Part shown: positions 37,101-48,217 of the stretch, piece by piece
Numbering within the stretch: position 1 is the stretch's first letter
Layout: every line of letters starts with the position of its first letter
From: Raillietiella orientalis
Taxonomy: Eukaryota
Direction: 5' to 3'
Length of the DNA stretch: 64,000 nt
Assembly (NCBI GenBank): GCA_036172245.1
Contig: JAYWIR010000007.1
Span: 1,984,001 to 2,048,000, forward strand
The notes under the pieces: generated by a model
Told to the model about the DNA's origin: nothing
The model's database searches: none
What the model saw: the letters and a program-made list of their open reading frames with translations, nothing else
Position numbers and translations under genes: made by a program

Positions 37101-40100
37101 CCGTCGGGCGTTTCCGTGGGGACGGCGGCGGCGAAGGGGTGGGGGGTAAGGTGAAGGAGGAGGTGGTAGTGTTGGGACAGGTCTGGGTCGTGCGAAACGC
37201 ACGTCCGGAAACCTGGATACTAGCATGGGGTGGTGCTTCCACATTTCGTCAGGCGCATTTGGACACTGGCGTCGGCCTTTCAAGGGTGTCGCAAGTCCCC
37301 TACGCTCCATCCTCCTTCGCACTTTCCTTGGTTTTGTCCATTCGTACCCGGAAACCGCCTCCCCCACTCTCGAGCATCTTCCTCTCAGGTGTTCGGGCTG
37401 CTGATGCTGCCGCTGGAGATCAAACCCATGAAGCCTCTGCTCCAGCGCATGGCCGAAGAGAAGCGCATGCGGATGGACGTCTCATCCATCACGGGGTCGG
37501 CTTTCTTCTTCGTTCAGCTGCCTGACGGAACGGTGGAGAGACGCCTGAAGATACCTATCAACACGGAGCCCGGCGTTCACTCCAGCTTCAACCTGGATCA
37601 GTATGGACGCTCCCCGGAGACTCCGATAAGCATCCTGCCGACCATCCGGGAGCACAGACCCCCTGTCGAGGTCGGCGCAACCGAGAAGGAAGGAACCTTG
37701 CCTTCACCCTGGTTGCCAACCCCGGAAGAGAATGGGACCCTTCGCTCTGACGGGAATGCGGGGGATGGCAACGACAGCGTCAGGAGCCTGTCCATCTCTT
37801 TCCTGCCTCAGGAGCAGCGGGAGGCGGTGGCCCGTTGGACAAAGTTGCCACTTCTTCCGAAGGGGAAGGCGGCCTCGGAGGAAGAGGAGACCTGTGCGGA
37901 CGAACGCACCCTCCCCGACGGCGTCCCAGGCGTAACTTCCCGGCAGGTTGCCGTCGCCGATCTCCTGCTGCTGAGGAACTGCTCCAGTCCCGTCCTCAAC
38001 AAGAAGTTTCGCCAGCAGGCGACTTGCGTGCCGAAGAACACCTCCGTCCCTCACTTTCCTCCAGAGGGCTCCGTTTCGGGCAGGCAGGGCTGCTCCAAGA
38101 AGTCCGGTCGCGGTGGGACGGGCCGCTGGAACATGACGGTCAGCATGGATCTTCGCAAGTACTCTCTGCAGCGCAGGCTGTCCAACTCGTCCCACGTGTC
38201 CTCCCTGCTCAAGGGGCACGATGGCAGCGATCCGACACTCGACGACGGCATGGGCAGCTCTGTAGGAGGAGGACGGACCAGGAGGAGGTAAGTGGCCGCC
38301 CTCATCTACCTCCCCCTTCTTTCCCTTCCCGTTTCCCACTTCGTTTCGCGCAGAGCACACGCCTTGGTGCCCGCTGCCTTCTCAGGTCCAGAGAGTCTTC
38401 GATGATCCTCCCGCCCCTGGTCAGAAAGGACATCTTCTACTCCGGAAGCATCCTCAATCTCCCCGAGTGCCACGACCTGAACTCTTATCGCGGCAGCGTC
38501 ATCAGCTTTCCCGCTCTGGAGGCCGGCAGGAACCTGTCCAAAGACGAGCCTGACCGAAAAGCGCGTTGTCTTCCCTGCTTCCCCCAATCCCTCCGGGCCG
38601 TGATGTGCTCGCTGTTGGACCTTTCCCTCCTCCAGGATCAAGTCTTCCTTTTAATCGTCATCTCCAATATGCTCAGTATGTCAGGCTTCTACGTGCCCTT
38701 CATGTACATCATGGATCTCGCCATTCAGAACGTAAGCGGCGCGGGGCAGGAGGGAGGGGGAGGACCTTAGCGGGAGAGCTTTTGCTGCTGCTGCTGCTGC
38801 TTGGTCTAGCGCCCAGCACATCGCTTGACCCTCTTTTTTCTCTCCCCCTCTTCGGCGTCTCCTCCAGAACGTCTCCGGAGAGAACGCGTCCCTGCTGCTG
38901 TCGGTCATCGGCATCACCAACACGGTGGGACGGGTTCTGGTCGGCTGGCTGAGCGACTCGCCCAGGGTCAACTCGCTGCTTGTCAGCAACTTCTCCGTGC
39001 TGTTCTCCGGGATAGCCACCCTGGTCATCCCGTCCTGCAGGAGCTACAGCTCCTACGTCGTCGTCTGCATGTTCTTCGGCATCTTCATCGGTTGGTGCCA
39101 CCACCACATTTCTTCTCTTTGTCTCTTCCCACTCCCGTCTTCCTCCGTCCCTGAGGACGGTCTCTTATCCTGGTAGGGTGGGTCAGCTCGCCAGTCACCC
39201 ACGCCGCGCGCTCTTGCCGCCTTCGTCAACCTCCCCCCCGATTTTGCTTCGTGCTCCACCATGTGCTCGTTGTCGCTCCGCCTCCGCGAGCAAGACTCAT
39301 TCGGATCTCGAGAGACGACTATCTCCGCCGCGTGTTGCTTCGTGTGCATGAGACTAGACGAGAGTGAGCTCGAAGGGAGAGCTTCACTCCTGCAACCTAT
39401 CCACGGTTGGCAGTGGGTAAAAGAAGAAGCATTCCAAATGCTGGAACACGAGTGTATTTCTTGGTGCTTTTGTGGGACGTGTTTCCCTTTCCCTTGTCCC
39501 AGCTTGCGGCAAGGAAATCACCAGCACCCCCTCCCCCCTCCCAAGGTTGACCATGTTTTCGAATCCTCCCTGCCTCTTCCTCTAAGACCCCCGAAAAAGG
39601 GCGAGGACCTCCGCATACGTCTGTCACCTGCTCATCACGCTACTGTTGCAGCTCTGGCGGTGGGGTTGCTTCTCGCGTGCCTCTTCGGAAAAGGTCAGCG
39701 ACCTCCCTTTTCGTGGTGGTCGGTCGGGCACGGCTTTCTATGGAGTCCGCCTTCATAAGGCGTGTAGCCCTCTATTTTGGATTGGATTCCCCCACCACCC
39801 AATGCCTTTCGAGGTTTTTTTTTTCTGAGGGGAAGGGAGACCAGCTACTGCAGCTTACGAGGGAGTCCTTTGGGTGTCTCTCGAGCAACTCTCCGCTTTG
39901 GTGGCAGGTGACCTGGGCGTCGTGAGCAGGAGACGAGTTCTTGAACCACTGCGCCACTATTCTTTCCTCCTCCTCACCCCATGCCATAGTCGGCCTCCGC
40001 AGGTCAGGTCTTGGGTTGCAGCTGACACAGAAGGTTCCCCTCCAAAAATCCAAGAATCATGGAAGAGGAAGAGAAGTGATCGAAGAGTTTCGCTCTCTTG

Positions 40101-41623
40101 CCTTCGCTCTTCCCTCCCAGTCTTTCAAAGGGATTTCAGGACGAAAACGATTTCCCTTTTCCGCCGAAACTGCGGGTGTCTCGTCCTGTGCGATGCCTGT
40201 CCTCGCTGGCACTCTCCTGCGTCACTTCCTCAGCCGCCCTCCGTGTTTCCCTTCAATGATGCGGGTGCTCCGCGACGAGAGCGAAGCGAGGGATCAGAGG
40301 TCCTCGCCTCTTGCGTTTCCTTGCAGTCTTTGGGCAGGTACCGCGCCTCTGAAACGCGGCTCTCGAAATCTCTGCTTGAAACTACCTACTCCCTGGGGGG
40401 GGGGGGGCTTTTGCAGGGCTCTTGGGCAAGCCGACTGCGGTCATTCTCCGCCACCGCAGAAGAGAGGGAAAAGAAAACCGGATGCACATACGGCAGGCCG
40501 TAATAGGCAGGGGGAAGAGTGGACATATGACCCCATGGAAGGGAAGCCAACAGACGATGGGGGAAGGGAAGGGGAGGAGCGAAGCCGCGAGCACTCTAGG
40601 ACGCGTGTGACGGGTGTACGCAGACCCACCACTCTTTCCGCTCTCCCTTCGTGTGCGCCCTGCCTTCGTCCCGGGGTTTGCGGGAGGACCTCTCCTTCCC
40701 CGAGTAATCTGGGCGATGTGTTTCAGCTGCTTACATCTCTCTGACGTCCGTCGTGCTGGTAGACTTGCTAGGATTAGACAAGCTGACCAATGCCTTTGGG
40801 CTGCTCATCCTATTCCGAGGCCTCGCCAGTCTGTTTGGGCCTCCTGCAGCAGGTACACCTCTGGGACGGGGAGGAGTGAGCCCACCCTTTTTCCCTTGCT
40901 TTTCTTCTTCTGCAATCGGCGCAGATCCATTCAAAAGGCTTTGCTTCTTTGTCGCTCATGGAATGAAGTCAGGGACCCCCCCCCACACTTTTTTTTTTCT
41001 TGATTTTTCTGTAGTCCTTTCCCCGCATACCTTGGGGTGCATTCTTTTTCCTCGCCCGTTCGGAGTTGGCGTCGAGGCTCCAAATGGCTCTTTTGGAGGC
41101 CTCGGCTCCGCCGAAGAGCAGCCGGGTGGTTTCTCCGTCTGGAACATTGTGTCAGGAAGCATTCAAAGGAGAGAGGGAGCAGGAAGAATATAGAGAGGCT
41201 CTTAGCTTCTCGAAGGACTGGGAGGAGGGTGGACGTTCGCTTTTCTTTTGGACGTCCACTCTCGCCCTCGAACGCTTCCCTCTCCCTCGCGCGCGCGCGC
41301 TCGCTGATCCTCTTCCCGGAACTGCGCGGCGACGACTGTACGGTATGGGACACCTTTCCCTGTATACCTCACTTGCAGGAGCCATCGCCGACTGCACGAA
41401 CAGCTACGACGTGTCCTTCTACCTGGCCGGGGTCCTTCTCATCCTATCGGCCCTGATCAGCTTTGCTCCCCCGCTCACCAAGATCGACAGAGGCGCCCCG
41501 AAGGTCATGCGCGAGCCGCGGGACGCCGTGCGCACGAGATCAGAACATCTTGACAGCATGGGCAACATCGATGACCCGAAGCACTTCGCCAATATGAGCC
41601 AATTGACCTCTGCCTACGAGTAG
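34144..41623 (+). CDS. SLC16 monocarboxylate transporter family protein, MFS fold (MCT-A; resembles insect Mct1 / MCT12-14-like), 841 aa, spliced
   Basis: Exons 34144-34197, 36379-36805, 36870-37075, 37389-38287, 38386-38731, 38868-39090, 40727-40852 and 41379-41623 join through GT-AG introns into 2526 nt with no frameshift. SLC16 motifs: [63 protein letters not shown]. An acceptor at 34066-34067 implies a further upstream non-coding exon. Confidence 0.93.
34450..35800 (-). mobile_element. Decayed LINE RT C-terminal fragment in MCT-A intron 1
   Basis: ORF 34948-35631: [20 protein letters not shown] (FxxxSGLxxNxxKS-like) and [20 protein letters not shown] (RLxxW...LSxxGK-like). Confidence 0.4.
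36379..36805 (+). CDS. MCT-A exon 2 (TM1-TM4)
   Basis: TTCCAG acceptor; LEPSS...PPDGGYGW...TYGMLG; donor GTCGGT, phase 1. Confidence 0.95.
36870..37075 (+). CDS. MCT-A exon 3
   Basis: [28 protein letters not shown]...LNCA; CAG acceptor, GTGAGC donor. Confidence 0.95.
37389..38287 (+). CDS. MCT-A exon 4 (end of TM6 and long cytoplasmic loop)
   Basis: VFGLLMLPL...[12 protein letters not shown]...[29 protein letters not shown]; donor GTAAGT, phase 2. Confidence 0.9.
38386..38731 (+). CDS. MCT-A exon 5
   Basis: [21 protein letters not shown]...[16 protein letters not shown]; donor GTAAGC. Confidence 0.92.
38868..39090 (+). CDS. MCT-A exon 6 (TM8-TM10)
   Basis: [30 protein letters not shown]...FFGIFI; donor GTTGGT, phase 1. 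Confidence 0.92.
39150..40450 (-). mobile_element. Possible decayed LINE RT fragment in MCT-A intron 6
   Basis: [27 protein letters not shown] resembles WIxxLYxxxxAxVxxNG; weak. Confidence 0.25.
40727..40852 (+). CDS. MCT-A exon 7
   Basis: [43 protein letters not shown]; 126 nt, the same length as the paralogous MCT-B exon. Confidence 0.93.
41379..41623 (+). CDS. MCT-A exon 8 (TM12 and C-terminal tail)
   Basis: [18 protein letters not shown]...SAYE*; TAG at 41621-41623. Confidence 0.92.
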
Positions 41624-41663
41624 CTCGCGGCCGCCGCGAGCGAACCAGGCTGTGACCAAACCG

Positions 41664-41669
41664 AATAAA
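41664..41669 (+). promoter_or_regulatory. Candidate polyadenylation signal of MCT-A
   Basis: AATAAA 40 nt after the stop codon, in GC-rich DNA where the hexamer is rare. Confidence 0.5.
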
Positions 41670-41999
41670 ACTTGATGGTGAACTGACCTGCCGTTTCCAC
41701 GCGCTCGGCCGCGGAAGCGCCCCGTCCTCTGCGGCGGCAGCAGCTCGAAGCGCACCACGCAGCTCCCGAAGCAACCCACAAAGGGGAGAGCCGCAGAATG
41801 GCCGACGACCAAGCTGCTAATGGCAGGCCGCAGCTGGTAGACCTTCCGGCGCAGAGTGGCGAATGACGGCGCCCCTCCCGGCGCATGAGGGAAAATGGTC
41901 TTTCGTCTCAAGGAGGTGGGCAGAAAGATCGTGGCTTCGTCACGCACCCTCTGCTGCGCTGCCTCCTCTGTCCTCTCGGCCTAAAGTCGCAGCTTCCCT

Positions 42000-44620
42000 T
42001 CGTTTGTCCCCGATACCGCCCCATCCTGGCGGTGCCGGTCAACTGAAACGATGCCTGATTGGCCGAGAGGTTCGTCTTCACGCCGTTTTGTGTCGCTGCC
42101 GGACGAATGCATCCTCCGGGCGAGGCAGGGGAAAGGAAGGACTAGTCGACCGCATGCGGGTCGCCCGGCATTACCACTTCCGCCTTCCTCTTCCTGTTAG
42201 CAGCGAGGCGACCATCGGGGAAAAGGGGCAGTTCGAGCCGAGGCATTGGGAGAGTTCGAGGTCAGAGCGCGACCAGGTTCTTAGGAAGACGGCGACTGAA
42301 ATGGATTGAACGGCCTCCTGCTTCTCGGCTAGGAGACCTGGCTGAGGCACGTCGGCTGTCCCGGAAAAGGCAGCAGGAACGATGCCGGATGCGGCTGTCG
42401 CGAACAGTCCCTCCCCTTCACTCGTGTCTTCGTCCCGTGGGACTCCGAGGTCGTGGGTTCCTCCCCGATGTTCTGCGGCACCTTTGCTTTCCCCCCTCCC
42501 CCTCTGTCTATCCGGAGGCAACACTGCCGCATCCTGTCCTCGTTGCTGATGCACTGAGCGGAAAGGCGGAGGGGGAGGGGAATCTCTCACTGCAAGTGGC
42601 ATAAACATCTGGAACTCTGGGAACCACTCAGTCTTGCGTCCTCCAAGTCGGCTGCACTGGTGGTAGCAGGCGAACAGGAGGGGAACTTCCTTATCTTCGG
42701 GCTTCTTCTCGCCGATAATACCCCTTAAGAGAGGAGACCCCTTTGCCCCTCTCCCTGGAGACAACTCTTCCCTTCCCTACTGACGGGGTACCTTTTCCTA
42801 TGTGGCGATCTTTTGCAGTCGCGCCGGTGCGAAGACCGGCGGTGCCCTCCTGGGAGGGCGCCCGTCCGTCCCCGAGATCGCAACCGTCGAGGGACGTCTT
42901 GGAAGTTTTTCCCCCCTCTTACCCTGTTTTTCCGATGAGGGATGGTGGCAGGGTGAAGGAGACGCAGCACCTTGCCGCTGCAGCTTCTCTCTGACGCCGG
43001 CAATGGCGCGCGCATCGCCTGGACTTGGTGTGTTCCCCACCGTCCCTTCTCCCGGAGCTACGGCGGATGGCAATCTTCCCACGCACGTATCCCTCCTGCC
43101 TCCCCGGTCTTCCGGCTGCAGCCGAGATCCCTCTCCCTTCCCCATCCGGTCATGGAAAGAGGAATCCGGTTGGGGGGAGAGTGGACGTGCTGTGCCGTGT
43201 TGCCCCCTCGGCGAGCCACCGGGAGCGTCCGTCCGAGTGGCCGGTCCGGGTAGAGGGGGATGGGGTGGGAGGACGATCCTCTTCTTCCCGGGTGGGAGGA
43301 GCGCGCTCGGGGCGGCGGCTGCGAGAGACGGCCAGCCGCAGCACGTGCGCGCGCGCGGCCTCTCCCGCGCTCCCAGATAACGGCAGCGGCGCAGCTCCAC
43401 GCGGATCCTTCTCCTCCTTCCTCCACCACCCATCATCCCTCCCTCCCACCGGGAGGCGCGCCGTCGTCGCCGTTGCGCAGTCCTCCGCGCACCTTGGGAA
43501 CGCGCAGCCGCCTCGCGCGCCTGCAGCACTTTGGTGGACCCCCAGCGCCTCAGTAGCAGCACCAGTGCCAACGCCGCTAGGCCGGGAGCCACTCAGGAAA
43601 CGCCCCCGGGAGGGTGAGTTACTCTCTTACTTTCCTTCTTTCATGTCCTCCTGGGCGACCTCTTTCCCCACTCGCGTACGCGTCTCTTTAGCGTAGTCGG
43701 GCTGGTGGATGGTGAAGAGGGGGCAATAAAAGGGGAGTCGGATGCCAGATCGCCTTTTCCTTCCTCCCTCCTCCTCCTTCCTCGTCTCCCTTCCTTCGTG
43801 GGGTTCTTCTCCTTCTTCCTCCTCCTACCTCCCCCCCCTTCCTTCCTCCTACGAGAGACTCTTGTTATCTGGCAGCAGCGGTTTATCGCCTCCGCCGGCA
43901 GCACTATCTGGGGAGCGGTCGGGATGCCTTTCCCTCGGGGAGATAAGGGAGTTCCAAGTCTCTTCTTCCTCCTCTTCACTGCACCTCTTGCCCGGGAGGG
44001 AGGGAGGGAGGAGGAGGAGGAGGAGGCAAGGGCAGAGCCGAGGATGGAGGGCAGCGGTGCCACCGATAGAGGTGATGGGACTACCTGCTTGCCCGCCGAT
44101 TGTTTCGGGCGACGAACGCGAGGTAGGAGACGGGAAGGAAGATGGGAAGGGGAGGTAAGGGCGGGACCCTTGCCTTCTCAGGGCCACCCCGCCTTCCGAA
44201 CGCTTTGGGAAAGGGAAACGCCCGGCCGTCTCCTCTTTTCGTCTCCGGGTAAGAGCGAGACCCTTCTTTCCCTCAACTCCTCGACAACCCTCCTTCGCCA
44301 GACGCGTGTGCGCGAGGGCGAGAGAGGGCGGGCGGTTGACCATGCCCTTCTTACTTTCCGGCCTGAACGAGCGAGGGTCACGCAGGAGGTGGGGTCCTCC
44401 TGCCGGTCCCCCAGGTTCCTTCCCTCTGCTGCCTCCTCACATCGCCTCTCGCACAAGAGTGGAGGTCCCGGGACCCCGCCGCTCCTTCTGGAGCAGAAAA
44501 GAAGGGGACTGTGCAACCTACTGCCGTTGATGTTCCTGCGTCCCAGTCTCCCGGACTCGTGCGGGACTCTGTGTCTCTTGCGGATGTGGCGGCGCTTGCG
44601 AGTCCTCCACGTCATGAAAC
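42000..44620 (-). mobile_element. Decayed LINE ORF2 between the two MCT genes
   Basis: ORF 44178-44615: GRRNINGSRL (NVNG-like), NLGDRQED (QET-like), GDEKRR. Further on, NFQDVPRRLRSRG (GLRQG-like) and LGGRKTE. Confidence 0.4.
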
Positions 44621-47099
44621 CCCGGCGGCGGAGCTGCTGAGGAACTCCAGTCCTCCAAGGTCGTCTCCCGGAAGACGCAATCCATCTCCCTCTTTCCCCC
44701 TCCCTTCTCTCTGCGCAGTCCCGGGAAGAGGAAGAGGCGGACCTCTCCCCTCTCCTTCATTGCCTCAGCCGCGCGGCAGCAGCTCCCGAGATTGCTCGCA
44801 GCGGCTTGGCGACGGGATGGTCGGTTCTAGTGGCGGCAGCATCCCCTCTCGAGCTCGACGAGTGTCCGTGGACGCTGGGCGATCCCAGGCACGGCATCCT
44901 AGTCAGCCGGCTGCCTACCGCTTCCCATCAGGAAGGAAGGAAGGAAGGAGGAGGGTGGGGGGCCAGGAAGTGAGGGAGGAGCGGAGAGCGGGATTCGCTA
45001 CGCTTGTCGAAGGAGAGAGGGTGGATGCGCCGTCCCAAGCCCCACCCTCCTTCCCGACCGTTGTTCCTGTCCCCCTTCCGCTCGTCGGGAGCCACATCTT
45101 CGGGAACCACTCGTTTTCAGGAGGACCGGGAACCGCGCCTATCTCTCTGTCTCTCTCTCTCGCGCGCGCGAGCGCGCGGTGGAGGACCGCGGCCGGTAGT
45201 TGGTAACGCGTGGGAGGTGAGGGATGGCGGAGATGCGCATCCTCCGATCCTCCCGCCGCTGTCCAACTCCCTCCTTTCGTGTGCGCGCCGCTCTCTGCCC
45301 GTCTTCCCGTGGAGGTGCGGTTTGATCCGGGGAACCCACCAAGAGATCACTCCACCTACCGGTTTCTCTGCGTCGGACGCGCGCGCGCGAGTCCGCAGCC
45401 GCCACTGTACGCGGCTGGCTGTCAACTGCAATGATTAACGACCAGGTCGGTGTTTATCGGATTCGGGGCAAAGGGTGGTGAGTGATCTGCCTGCCGGGGG
45501 CAGGAGAAACAGCAAGGGCTGGACGGGAAATGAAGAAGACTCACCTCCTCCCTTCTTCAAAGGGAGACCCGTTGGGAGGGAAAGGGACGTGTTGGGATAA
45601 GGATGTCGTTGCATGATTGCGGAAAACAAACGCATTCTTCATTATCTTCGCAAGCATCCCAGCTTCCATGAAGACAGTGCATGCATCATCTGCTAACTGC
45701 GCTCACCTTTGGCCCCCTCCCCCGTTCTGAGCTAATGCTGTCACCGCGACTATTAATAGCCGATCGAAGGCGTTCGAAAATATCCATCGGCGGGATCATT
45801 GTTGCGGTCTCCCGCGGAGACCGGGAGGTAGAGGGGGGGGGGGGGAGCGTACTCCTGGCGCTGCGTGCGCATCGGAGAGCCCATGGTTGCAGTGGGCGCC
45901 GCGAATACGCACGCACGTACCACTGTGGTTGTTCCCGAGACCTCTCTTCCTCTGAATCAAAAATGCCCTTGTCGAGATAATTGGGAGCCTTGAGCTGGAG
46001 CAGCGATAAAAGCACGCGTTGCGATAAAGGAAGAAAATTTAAGTACTTTCGCGTGCGCCTGACTCCGAGGGCCTGCCCACTTGCGTAGGAACGAAGGCAT
46101 TTGGGCGAAGACGCGGATTTCGTTTCCGGAAGGAATACGACACATTCGCACATCTCCCATCACTTTTAAATGTTCGTCCTCGAACTTCGGATGCCCAGGG
46201 AATGCGTTTATCGATGGAAGGAAATCACTTGGGGAAGTCGGAAGTTTGCGCGTCACGGTAGGAGAGAGCTCTCCTTGAGGACCAGCCATCAAGCAGCTTC
46301 AACGTCGAGCTTCATGGAGAATACTTCCCGAGGTTCCTGTGCTAAACCGATTCATCGTTGGGACATATATTCGAGATGCTGGACCTCCTCTCCGAAAAAG
46401 GCGGACGGTGAAGAAGGGGGAGGAGGAGGAGGAGGAAAAGAGAGAGAGAAAAAGAAGTGATGGATCGATGAAAAGAATGCAAATAGAAGCGTTCTGTTTC
46501 GAAGGACCTCAATGAGATCGCTCCCTCCCCTTCCCTGCAAAATCGACTCTCTCTATCTGCTCATTTTGAAACTCACAGTAACGTGTGATGAGTTTGCTGC
46601 TGTGTATTGAAAAGACACGAGTAATGCCTATGCAGGTGTCGAGCGCTCAGGGAGGAACATAAATCTGGAGCAATCAACATTGGTGGAAATCGCACACGAC
46701 GGATAAAAATAACCACAGCATCCGCACATTTTTTTTTTTTGGTCGGATGAAATTAAGCAGGCAGAAACACAACCGCGACAATCGTGCTAAAGCAAAGCGG
46801 CGACAGTGCGGAGGGAGCCTTTGCTGGAACGTTTCACTTCTTCCCGATGGGGAGAGGAAGGGGAGGGGAGAATTTATGAAGATTTTATGGATGCTTCTTC
46901 GGGCGCATCCGCAACGAAATTCTTGCCCCATCACCCACCTCCTTCCGCTCTCCTTCCCTCCATTCCAATATCCGAAATCAGATCGCAGCAGCAGAGATGA
47001 CCAAGGTTAGGGAAGAGGTGGTTCTGAATAACGTGGATTTCCAGTGGAGGCAGCGAGCCAGAAGCAGAGAGAGGGAAAAATGAGGAATGGACCCACGGT

Positions 47100-47850
47100 C
47101 CCGCTTGGTCATTTTTCTTGCCGTTCGCTCGCGTTACCCTCCTCTTCTCTTTCTCCTGTCCTCCTCTTTCCGTCCCCTCGGGTGTGCGAAAATCGGTGCG
47201 AGAGCAGGGGAGGTGGCGAGGAATCGAACGCTCGTCTGGGAGGACACGAGCTCGCTCCCCTTTTCCCCTCCCTCCCTCGTTCCAGGTTGGCTCTCCTGCC
47301 GTCGGGTTGCGCTGCGGATGCTGACTCAACAGCAGCTCCACCGATTCCCCACGCTCTTGCTGGTGCCCTTGCCATCCCTTGCTGCTTGCCTTCCGGCCAG
47401 CGGCAAGGCGTGCGCGGGGGTCACCTCCGTGCGACGAGCATCGGAGGTCCGGGCCGGCCTGGACGCCGAGAGTCTGGGAGGAGGGCGTTGGCTCTTCCCC
47501 GCGACCTCCCGGAGAACGGTCCGCGGAGCCGGCGGGGATCCGCCCGTTCTCGAGGTCTCCTCCGCTTCCGTGCTTCCCACGGGATTTTTCGTTCCCAGTT
47601 CCCAGGAGGCTCCTCTTCTCTGGAGATGAGGGGGAGGAGCGAGGGAAGGGGGTACAACAGGGCTTTTCGAGGGTACGCTCCGCAGGGTGAGCGGGTCGGG
47701 GTAGGCGGGGGACCGAGGCGTTCCCCCTTTGCATGCGCTGCTTCTTGTCCCTCAGCAGCTGCCACCGAAGGGCGATCGGAAGACGTTCGTCCATCCGGCG
47801 ACGGCCGAAGAAGAGCGCGCACACCTGACCTCAGACGGGTGGGCATCCTC
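47100..47850 (+). mobile_element. Possible LINE post-RT fragment
   Basis: WLSCRRVALRMLTQQQLHRFPTLLLVPLP resembles W..LSxxGRxxLxxxxLxSxPxY..LP. Confidence 0.25.
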
Positions 47851-47934
47851 GTCCCGGATCCAAAGGGGGACAGACGGTAGGCAGTCCCCAGTGCGCGCCC
47901 CCTGCCGGAACCGACTCTGCCCGCAGCATCCGGC

Positions 47935-48217
47935 ATGCCCCGCGTCCACTCTGAGGGAGACGGGACGCAGCAGGGGCTCCGCGCGTCTCAGGACAGCCTC
48001 CAGAAGGAAGCGATTGGGAGTGTGTACCTTCCTCCCGCCCCTGACGGAGGCTGGGGATGGGTGGTCGTCATGGCGTCCTTCTTCTGCAACTCCATCGTCG
48101 ACGGGATCATATTCTCGTTCGGGATCTTCCTGCCCAGGCTGCAGCAGCAATTCCAGGAGGGCACCAGCACGATTTCCTGGATAGGGTCCCTCCTGTCGGG
48201 ATTCTACCTGATGGCAG
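47935..48217 (+). CDS. MCT-B exon 1
   Basis: MPRVH...PPAPDGGWGW...SGFYLMA; donor GTAAAA, phase 1. Confidence 0.9.
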
